This document shows, one piece after another, positions 53,620 to 64,000 of a DNA stretch of 64,000 nt; positions within the stretch are counted from its first letter, which is position 1, and every line of letters starts with the position of its first letter. Below the pieces are notes generated by a model. That model was given only the letters and a program-made list of their open reading frames with translations. It had not been told where the DNA came from and did no database searches. A program made the position numbers and the translations under genes. The stretch is from Octopus vulgaris (taxonomy: Eukaryota), in NCBI GenBank assembly GCA_951406725.2, contig OX597825.1, positions 39,618,001 through 39,682,000 on the forward strand. Reading direction: 5' to 3'.

Positions 53620-56600
53620 TTTTCTCTGTGGCTGTGCCTCATCGGCTTCTGCTAGAAAATAGGGCTGATACAGTGCTTTGCCGTTCGTGGTGTGCACATC
53701 CTCGTCCCACCTCACCACCTATACCGGAAGTCTGTATCCTCTAACGTCAAGCGGATGTTTTCCCTTGAACACCTGTAATGGCTTATTAAACGGAATGCTT
53801 TCCCTCAAACTCTTCCCACTCCATTCTTACTTTGTGTCTATCTCTGCTGGAGGTTGTTATTACGTAGCGGATAAAATGATGGTGCAGTGTATGCTGGTTG
53901 AATGCTATTTGTATGTTTACGAGATCTGCCAAATGCGAGCTTTCTATTCGGATGCAAAATGCTGCTGTACTCCTTCCCTGTGTCTTGCCGGCCTAAACCT
54001 TCCACACTGTCAGAGTTGGCACATTGAAAGGTAGGTCTGATGAGATTGTTGAGATGCCTGAACGGAGACGTATAAATTTGTGCTATATCCAAGAAGTTAA
54101 GTGGAGAGTAAGTTCTGCTATGTTCCTCACAGGCAAAGAACAAAGGTATAAGATTTTCTGGGTAGGGAACACTGATGGTGTTGGGGCGTGGTTATACTCC
54201 TTGCGGAGAAATGTGTTGATAAGATAACCGTAATCGATGTGGTCAGAATCTGTGATAGAATACTTAAGCATAGACTAGTGGTGTAACATGGATCAGCAAC
54301 ACGTATCTCGGCCTATTCGCCTCAGCCAGTGCTACCTGATGAACAGACAGACTGATTATATGACACCCTCTTACACACACCTTGTCGAGAAAAAAACAGG
54401 GACATTCTCTTTGTGGATAGCGACTTCAATGGTCATGTTAGAAAATATCCAGGGAGCTTCCATATTGTACGTGGTGGCAACGGATTTGGTTCCCGGAATG
54501 GGGAGGGAATCACGCTGCTAGAGGTCTCTGAGGCAAATAATCTTATGATCTGTAATACTAACTTCAGGAAACCTGCCAGCCGCCTGTTCACCTATCAGCA
54601 TGGTGAACACACTAGTCGGATTGACAACATTCACGCCAGGAAACGGGGAAGTAGGCTTCTTATAAATGCCAATATTTTCCAAGGTAATGATTGCACCCCA
54701 CAACATAGATTACTAGTTACCGACTACATATTCAAAGCAAAATGGCTGCCCAGAAGACAACCAGCATGGAAAAGAAGGGACTGGAAACTTAAGGATCCTC
54801 TGAAGGGACAGAGATTTAAAGACGTATTGAATCTTTTGAAGAAAAAGTGGACATAGCGTCACATAACGTGGAAGCCAACTGGAGGTTCCTACACAACAAC
54901 TTGTTGAGGGCTACTGACCAGATATGTGGCTAGAACGAAGTCCCCTCTCGACCTAAAGTAACGTGGTAGTGGAACAATGTAGCTGACAGGGCTATTTGGA
55001 AAAAAAACAATCATGGAAGGAGTGGAAGTATGGTGGTAACAGGGAAGTGTATCAGATTGCCAGGAGGGAAAATAGGAGACAGGTTTACGTAACCAAAGGG
55101 GAAGCAAATAACAAAAAAAAATGCCCATGTTCTGCGTCGTGAGAACCAGAGACTTGAAGTGTTCAGTTTATGCAAAACAATGTGTGAGAGAATGTCGTGA
55201 TCTCATAGAAGATATATGTATCAGCATGGATGGCTCACTTACAGTTAATGATGCTGCAAAGAGAGATACTTGGAGACGCCACCATGAAAGGATCGTAAAT
55301 GAAGAGAATGAATTGGTGAAAGAAAGTCTGCCAAATGTCGACCCAACAAAGGGACCAGGTATTCGAATTGACGGTATCTTGGATAGATAAAACAGTTAAA
55401 GATATGAAAACAGGGAAAGCCCCCGGCCCATCAGGAACCATTGCTGAGATGCTTAAAATATTTGACGGTGTAGGCTATAGTTTATTCACCCTTATAGTCA
55501 ACCGTGTGATACATGAAGGAGTCATACCCAATGGCACGTGTAACAACTCCATAGTCAAGTGCTACAAAGGTTAAGGTGATGCATTAGATGGCAATAATTA
55601 CAGAGGTATCACATTGTTGAATAGGTGATGAAAGTCACGGAGAGAGTCATAGCTCAACTCATTAGGGAGAGAGTTAATTTAGACGAGATGCAGTTTGGGT
55701 TTGTACGAGGGAGAAGCACCACTGATGTTACATTTCTGGTACATCTGGTGCAGCAGTAATTCCTAACAAAATATAAACCTCTGTACTTGGCTTTCGTTGA
55801 CACGGAGAAAACTTTTGACAGGGTCCTCTGATCCCTTATCTGGTGGTCAATGCGGAAACAATGGATAGATGAGTGATTGTTGGGAGCTGTACAAGCCATG
55901 TGCAGGCATGATGCCAGTAAGACGAGGGTTGGCAAACAGTACGGCGAAGAATTCCAGGTAAAAGTAGGAGTTCACCATTGAACAGTCATCAGTCCCCTCG
56001 TATTCATCATCGTTCTCCATGCATCATACAGTCTACCTTTCCCTTTGAACGAGAAGCCCGTTGTTACTAGCAGACGTAGGAGCCCTCGGGACTTTGCTAG
56101 AATAAGAATAGACTGGGGAAAGTCCCGAGAGCTCCTACCTCTGCTAGTAACAACAGGCTTCTCGTTCAAAGTGAAAAGTAGACTGTATGATGCATGAGCG
56201 CGAACAGGCATGCTACACAGCAGTGAAACACGGGCTTTGACTGCTGAAGACATGTGTAGTCTTGAAAGAAAGGAAGCTAATGTGATCCGCTGGATGTGTA
56301 GTGTCAGTGTGCATACTCGACAGACTGTAGGCGCCTTGAGATAAAAGTTGGACATAAGAAGCATCAGATGTGGTGTGCAAGAAATATGATTGTGCTGGCA
56401 TGGATACGTTTTTTGTAGGGATGAGGACAGCTGTGTGGAGAAGTGCCACACCCTAACAATGGAAGAAACCTGTGAAGGAGGCAGCCGTACGAAAACATTG
56501 AATGAGATGCTGAAGCACGATCTTCGAACGTTGGGGCTTACATAGGCAATAAGATGCTACCGAGACCTTTGGATACATGCTGTTATTAAGACCTGGCCAC

Positions 56601-57025
56601 TCAAGTGAGATCGTAGCCGGAGCCGATACCAGTGTCGCATAATAGGTACAATTAAAAGTATACCCCAATCGTCATGCAAGATGCCGTGCTTGAAAAGACC
56701 TGTTGAGTCAAGTGAAATCGAAGTCGTGGCCGAAGCCAGTTATGCTTGTCTGGCTCCAGTTCCGGTGGCACGTAAAAAGCACCATTCGTGGGTGGTCGAT
56801 GTCAGTGCCGCTTGACTGGCTCCAGTATCGATGACACGTAGAAAGCAACCACAACACTCGCGGAGTGGTTGGCGTTAGGGTGGGGCATCCCGCTCTTGTA
56901 ACTTGCCAGAGCAGATTGGAGCCTGGTAATGACTGTTGGCTCTCCAGTCTTCTGTCGAACCGTCCAACCTATTCCAGCGTGGAAAGCGGAGTTTAAACAA
57001 TGATAATGATGATGATGATGATGAT
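53620..57025 (+). mobile_element. RTE-clade LINE (APE + RT), degenerate, with internal deletion/foldback and (GAT)n tail
   Basis: Motifs VGTLKGRSDE...IQEVKWR, DSDFNGHV, KTGKAPGPSG, QFGFVRGRSTTD, YLAFVDTEKTFDRV and SPLVFIIV. The 3' UTR ends in a (gat)n tract. Confidence 0.88.
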
Positions 57026-57607
57026 ATACATACATACATATATATACACCCTCACACGCACACACACACACACACACATATATATGCGCGCGTGCGAATG
57101 TATGTGTGCAGTAATGTAAATCCTTCTGGAAAAGATGTGTTTTAGGATGGTTTGTTGATAGTGATTGTAAAATAAGATTGAAATTATCGAGAAATTATCT
57201 TCGGTGTCACTCTTTCATAAACAGTTGCATTCTCGTCTAGTATGTTTACTTGTGTTTACAGGTAATGTTCGTTTGTATCACACACATTTTAAAAATCTTC
57301 ATTTACGTATGTAAAGATGAGGGGCTTAATAGATTATGAAACCGAATATTAGCTTCACTGTCATAAAAAAAAACAGGCTATAATAATATATGAATATTAG
57401 AACAAAATAAATCCGTTATTGGTTTCAAAATACTCGGTTAACATTATCTGTTTGTCCATATACGTATGTGGATGTATTAAGTGTCTGCCTGTGTATATGA
57501 ACGTATGAATGTACGTACTTATATATATATATGTGCGTATATGTATATACGTATAAATGTATATATCTGTGCATGTGTATATGTTTCTGCCTATCTAAGT
57601 TTATCTG

Positions 57608-57674
<67 letters not shown>

Positions 57675-58679
57675 GTCTATCTATCTGTCATCTATCTATT
57701 TATTTAAGTAAACATATAGGCAATGGCAAAACGCCGAAGCAGCCATCCTAAGTCTCATCATGCTAGCCAAAGATCTAGTAATCTACTTCAGAATAACAGA
57801 GCCTTCTCATGTCTTATAGAGAGTTCTGGAGATAGTTCACATGAAGAGATGCGTACCTGCTTAAGAAGTGACCGTTGCTGGACTATATACATGTGTGTGT
57901 AGTGCGCGATTTTGTGTGTGATTGTGTTATGAGAGTATGCGTGTGTGTGCATGTAGAGAGAGTGAGAGAGAGAGAATAATAGATCGATACATTCATGAAG
58001 AAATTATATAACTCGCATACATATAGAAAGTATACTTATATACATGGCTGCGTGTGTATGTGTGTGTGTCTGTCACTCTGTCTGTGTGTGCTTAGGTGTG
58101 TATATAAGATAATGCAAAAAACTAATTTAGCGTCAAATTTTCATTCGTTACTATTGTGATTGTTTATTTCTATATTAATAGATATTGATATGAGTAATAC
58201 GAGTGTGCCTACTGGTGTTTCTCTTGTGATTGTACAAACTTGATTTAGGATGTGTGAGTCTATATATAGTTTTTTACTTACGTAAAATATGAACTGCCAA
58301 TAGGCACGCGTGTGCTCTAGCGTCGAGTATGGCGACAGTTTATGTCTTCTGACCTCAAAGTCAGAAATCTTATAACAATGATCTTCCTAAATTACCATGC
58401 CTGCTACCCGCTAGCTTTCCACTGAGCGAACGATGCCTTCCGACATCAAAGTCAGAGATGTTACATCAACGATGCTAGCTTTCCTCAATGCTTTCCGACC
58501 TCACCAAATCTGAAAAATCTGTGGTTGTTTCTAAATAGAATTATTCATATATATAGCAAGCTAATTTCAACGTTTTTGTTCCTCAAAGTTACAAGTATAT
58601 ATAAAAAAAGGTGATTTTAATAGAGTGGAAAAGTACCAAATGATAAAGCAGTCATCTAGGTGTCTCTTCCAATTTTCTC

Positions 58680-58875
58680 TTTTATATCTACTTGTGAAAT
58701 CATTCACTCGTGAATTTCATCACATCTCACACATCATGGACAAAATGTCTTCTTAAGAAAAAATACATATTCAAATAAGTAAAACATAATATCATGAATA
58801 GCGATAGCGATACCGGTCGGTATATCAAAAGTTATATTAAAACTATGTAAGTGTGCGTATTTTCCTTTTTTAACT
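58680..58875 (+). mobile_element. Solo Penelope-like terminal repeat fragment
   Basis: Reverse-complement homolog of 4540-4730. Confidence 0.75.
58789..58823 (+). ncRNA. Minimal hammerhead-like motif, A3-U8 variant (A14 mutated in this copy)
   Basis: ATATC-ATGAATA-GC gata GC-GATA-CCGG-TC-GGTAT. Confidence 0.5.
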
Positions 58876-58930
58876 TATATACATTACCACTCACCGTGTT
58901 GGGATAATCGAAATTCCTCTTTTCTGTTGC

Positions 58931-58989
<59 letters not shown>

Positions 58990-59002
58990 CATACATACGT
59001 AA

Positions 59003-60242
59003 CAGATCATCCCATAAGTTGTATCTTATTTTAGCATTTTTAACATTGAATGACATTTAATAGTATTTTAGGATGTCTAATGTAATTAAAATTTATTTTT
59101 TTATGCATTTGTGTACATTTAAACTAGTCAAATATCATTTTACAGAATATTAGAATTAAAAGTGCTTCGATTATAACACTTTCTAACACAGAAGTATCCA
59201 AAGATCATTTGAGGCACATAATGCTTTATGAATACAAAAAAGGAAGCGACTCGAAACATACACTCAGTTGAATGCTTGAATGAAAGAACTTGCAGAAGAT
59301 GGTTTGCAAAATTCAGAACTGGAAGTTTAAGCCTTAAATATGAAGATTGAACAGGACATCCAGTTGAGTTTGATGATAAAGTCCTTGAGGCATTACTTGA
59401 AGAAAATCCTGCATTATCAGTTGCAGAATTGGCAATAAAGATTAGTTCAAACCATACAACTGTTCACCGTCATCTTCAACAACTTGGAAAGGCTCCTAAA
59501 CTTGAAAAATGGGTACCTCATGAATTGTCCAAAATCAACAGCAAATCCAGAGTTGACATTTGCTCTTCTCTCCATTCTCGCTAGATAGAATTTTGACTGA
59601 TAAAGAAAAATGGATTTTATATCGAAATGCTAAACGTCGTAAACAGTAGCTTGGTAAAGGGGGAATTGGTAAAAGCCGAGAAGGGAATTTCATGGGAAAA
59701 AGTTTCTACACTAGTCTGTTGGGATTTCAAATGCGTAATTCCCTTTGAATTGCTACCACCTAATGCAACTATTAATGCTCAAGTCTACTGTCAACAATTA
59801 GAGCGTTTGGACCAAGCTTTGAAGCAATATGACCCGCTTTAGTGAATCGAAAAGGATTGATGTTTCATCAGGTCAATGCACGACCCCACACTACAAAGAT
59901 CACATCACAAAAGATCAGAGAGCTTGCTTGGAATAAAATTAAAATCCTCATCCATTCCCCCGACCTTGCTCCTTCAGACTAACATTTATTTCGTAGTTTC
60001 CAGAATCAATTGGGTGACATAAATTTCGCAATCCAAGAGGAGGTTGAAACTGACATTTCAGAGTTCTTCACTTTGAGACCAAAAGAGCTTTACATTGATG
60101 GGATTACAAAGCTTGTAAATAGATGGAAGGAAGTCATAGATAATCAGGGAAAGTACATTGATGATTAAATTTCAATTAAATATAACATTAAATTACTTGT
60201 TTTCTTTATTCAAAATTCGGACAGAACTTATGGGATGACCTG
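59003..60242 (+). mobile_element. Full-length degenerate mariner transposon
   Basis: TIRs cagatcatcccataagtt / aacttatgggatgacctg. Remnants DHLRHIMLYEYKKG, WVPHELS, HQVNARPH, HSPDLAPSD*HLFRS and RWKEVIDNQGKYIDD*. Confidence 0.92.
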
Positions 60243-60719
60243 ATATATATACATACATGTATATACATATACATTTATAAATACATATATATAAGCAATA
60301 ATAAATTTCTGACCGAGGTATAAACAGTAGCTGCACGACAACGTTTTGTATATTGCTTGTTTCCACTTTTTCGAGATCAGTGACTTTTCGGCATTGGAAA
60401 AAAAGATATATTATATATTTGCATTGGGATCCACTTCATATCACAACCCGGCTATTTTGCGTCGTTCATCTATTATTATTGTTTTTTAGTTTGGAATTTC
60501 TGCTACCCTGTTATGTGAATTCGCCTTTGGCTTGTTACTTGTTTGATATTATTTTGTTGATTTGTGTTTAACGTAAATTTGAACTGGTGTCCGTTGTAGG
60601 ACATTAATTTTCGCCCTAGAGGACAGAAAATTATACCGAGGAACTGTGTAAAATATTTTGTGAAATATTTATTAATTTTTTACTCGTTGACGGATTGTGT
60701 ATTATCAAAAATTTTGTCA

Positions 60720-63700
60720 TTTTTATCTAAGTTGTAAAAAGTTGTAATGGAATACAATATTCAATCCCAAAAAAGACTTTCCCAAGATGGGAAAAGGAAA
60801 TGAAAATTCAAGTCTAAATGAGTCGCAAAAGGAGAAGGAAAACAGTTTGTCAGATGCAGTGGGTGGCAACGTCACAGAGCTAGAAATTAAAATGAGACAG
60901 TTGTTCAAGTTACGCAGTGTAGCTTAAAAAAAGTAATGGCAATATAAAATTTTTGCTTCCCCCTGAAACACTACAGGCGATAAACGCACGTGCTGTAGTG
61001 TACCAAATATACAACTTAAAAGGAGATGAAAATTAAAGACGCAAAAAATGAGATAATAGAGAGGTGTTTGACACCAATATGAAATTTAATATGCTACATT
61101 AGCCGTGGAACAAGAAGTGCTATTGTTGAAGTATAGTTCGAAACGGCTAACAAGAATTATTAAATAAATGTGATACCCACGTGCTTGCGCCGCAGAACAG
61201 CGAAGGTTGTAATCGACGAAATTCCGGCAGGCTACGATGTAATGTGGGTGCCGGTAGCCGTTATTTATGACGTCGAAGAAGCGGTAACAATTAAAAAGGC
61301 GAAACGTTAGAAATGTTCTTACAGGCCTGAAACGAAACCCTGGAGAATTTGCCAGATAGAGTGTTTGTAGGGAAGGAACTAACGATGAGAATAGCCGTGG
61401 AGAGACGTAGGTCCCGTTGCTTCAAGTGTGGAGAGTAGGGCCATGTCCGCTCCAACTGTACGAAAAAGAAAACGGAGAACGAGGTTCCTCCCCAAAACTT
61501 GAAAAGAAAGCGGAGAGGAGAACAAGCGAGAGTGCAGAAAAATAACAGAAGCCAGAGAATACGACAGAAGGAAAAGCAGACGAAGAAAATAAAGAAACAA
61601 ATGACGCAATGGACTACACTACAGTAACAAACAAACAAAAAACACTCGTCCTGGACTCACCTCCCCAAACACCAAAGTGACAAAAAACACCACAGACACA
61701 CACTAAAATTCCCCAATCCAAACCCATGGTGGAACCTTTCAACAAACCCCTCACCAAAACAAGAAAAAAACCGTCGCATATCTAGAGACGAATACACCAT
61801 TAAACGCGAGAATAAGGGCGAACCATTAAACGCGAGAATAAGGGCGAACCATAAAACGCATGTGCTTAAAAGGACAGCGCAAACGCCCCCAAACATCAGG
61901 TATGCAAAGATGGACGTTGGTCTATTTTTGGAATTTAAAGGGTGATACCCAGACGACATCCGGGATTTTACCACAGAAATGGCCAACACGAAATTTATAA
62001 TTAGCCCTGCGGTGACACCAAGAAAAAGCGCAGTGGCTACACCAAGAAAAGGGAAGGAAGAGGAGGTAGGTGAATTGGCACAGCCTCTCCCCAAGTTTCA
62101 AATGTAAGTAAACTTTTATTTCTGCCATGGCGATTAAGTAAGGGTGCATAAATATGCGTGGGCTGGGGTCGAAATGGAAGCAATGTTGTCTCCTGGACGA
62201 CCTCAGGTCACAGGATATAGACGTTTACATTGTCACGGAGTCCAAGATGTGTGAGCCAGAAGCGTTCTCACCTCTTCTACTAGAGTGCTATAATCTAGTA
62301 GACCGTTACAGACACGATGAGCCGATCGTTCCACAATGGACGTGGAGTAATAACGACGGCTCACGCAGATCTTACATCGAGTATTCGTTAGGGAAAGAGA
62401 TAGGAATACTTTTAGCTGTCCACAATTTTGTATTGTGCCTTACACAAATTTGTGACGTGTAAGGTACATATATATATAAATGCCATAGACAAGGACCCGG
62501 GTACTGGAAGATGAATAAATCTATTTGAACTTGTTAAGCATTCCGTACCAGGATTAAGGGTTTAGCACAGAGGACATTATGTGGCGCCATCATTAATAAT
62601 AGATGGTTACACGCCCTCAAGATGGCCATTCGTTTAGAGTCTGCTAGCTTTAACAACCAGCTAAGTTCAGATAGATCTAGAATAGAAGAGGAACTAGTTA
62701 AGAAATTAGACGACGCTTTGGAATCTGGCTCTGCAGAGAGATTGCTGGCGGCGAGAACGGTCTTGTACCGTCACCTCAAAGCCGAGCGCGAAGAATGCAG
62801 AGTTATATGTAAGTTACATGCAGTGGGCCGAGAAGATACTAACGTTGCCGGGCGGGCTCGTCGTGTGGATTGTCAGAGGAGCAAAAAAGTCACTAAGTCT
62901 TTAACTGAGGAGCAAGAGTGTAAGATCTATGAACAGAAAAAATGCAAGAGGCCTTTCACCAGCATTTCGCCGTCTTGTTCGGACAGGTCGACTCGCTTGA
63001 GAGTGAGGAGCCCTTAAAGGACTTCCTCGCCGGCATGTGAGGTTAAATGCAGTGAAGGACCGATTACACTTGTGGAGGTCAAAGAGGTTTTGGCTGAGTG
63101 CGCCGGAGATAATTCGCCGGGGCTGGATGGTCTCCCCTATGAGTTTTATCGTAGCATGCCGGACTTCTTAGGAGACCTGCTAGCGGGCATCTACACAAAT
63201 TGGCAACAGAATGGGAGGATTACCTGCCTTGTGAGTCGAGAAATGGTAGAGTTAAAAATTTTGGTCAAAATGTTAGCAAAAAGGGTGACGCGTGTTGTGG
63301 AGAAGCTTGTACGGAAGGTGCAGACATGCGCCATTCCGGGCAAGTCGATCCAGGACAATTGTCACCTTATACACTACACCTTAGGCAGGGTTGGTAAATT
63401 AACCGGCAAAGGTGGGGCACTGTTCCATTTAGACCGAAGTGAAGCGTTTGGTAGACCACCAGTACCTGGCGGCGGTTCTCGAAGCGGCTGGGCTGGGACT
63501 GGACTTCTGTAGGTGGATCTCCACAATGTATAGCAACATCCAATCCACCATTCAGATAAACGGCTACCTGTCGTAGCCGTTTTCGATCAAGGGTGTCCTC
63601 TATCCCCCTTCTGTTTGTTTTGGCTTTTGAGCCATTTCTGTGGAAGTTGAAGAATTTGGGACGCACCCCCATTGAAATAGAATGCGATAAGTCGGCCTCT

Positions 63701-64000
63701 GCTTTTGCAGATGACGTCACCATCATCATGTCCAATGAGGCTGAGCTACCTTGTGTAGAAGACGCTATCAAATTATACGAGTCGGTTGTAGGAGCAAAAG
63801 TGAACAAGGACAAGTCCATCGGCTTGCGCCTCGGAACCTGGAGGAGCAAACCGGTATTTTCCAGCGTCGCGGGTTACTGGACAGATGGCCTTGTTAAGTT
63901 GCTTGGTGTTTGGTTTTGACCGGACTTTCAAACGGAGAAGAATTGGAGCGAGGTGGCATACAGGGTGGAAGCTCAAGTTCGGATTTGGTCCGAGCGGGCT
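60720..64000 (+). mobile_element. L1/Tx1-like LINE (ORF1 zinc knuckle; ORF2 APE + RT), degenerate, continuing past the window end
   Basis: CFKCGE*GHVRSNC at ~61418-61459; CINMRGL at ~62145; WTWSN; SPGLDGLPYEFY; QTCAIPGKSIQDN; LLFVLAFEP; AFADDVT. Confidence 0.88.

Noticed and set aside
58340-58510. Short ~90-bp-period imperfect repeat as an exon or structured RNA
   Set aside because: The minus-strand frames after the only candidate splice acceptor all hit stops, and no defined motif was seen. Only the weak duplication is supportable.
59003-60242. Domesticated SETMAR-like gene
   Set aside because: It has TIRs, multiple stops and frameshifts, and no SET domain; it is a dead mariner.

Overview
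This is AT-rich, microsatellite-dense animal DNA. The SINE families and repeat make-up suggest a coleoid cephalopod such as Octopus, which is an inference. I found no convincing host protein-coding gene, and most ORF-track entries are translated microsatellites. The window is mostly decayed mobile elements: three mariner transposons plus MITEs, three Penelope-like (RT/GIY-YIG) fragments, a cluster of R4/Dong-like restriction-endonuclease LINEs in (TAA)n, RTE, CR1-like and L1/Tx1-like LINEs, tRNA-type SINEs and non-autonomous Helitron-like elements. The most notable signal is non-coding: about ten hammerhead ribozyme (HHR) motifs with palindromic helix III. (i) Two families of non-coding ~470-560 bp head-to-tail repeats, in or beside (TA)n tracts, carry one type I HHR per unit (retrozyme-like); one family shows compensatory base changes between copies. 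(ii) Penelope terminal repeats carry minimal HHRs whose core C3-G8 pair is replaced by U3-A8 or A3-U8. All structures were read by eye; none was computed or tested, and element boundaries are approximate unless TIRs or termini are quoted.
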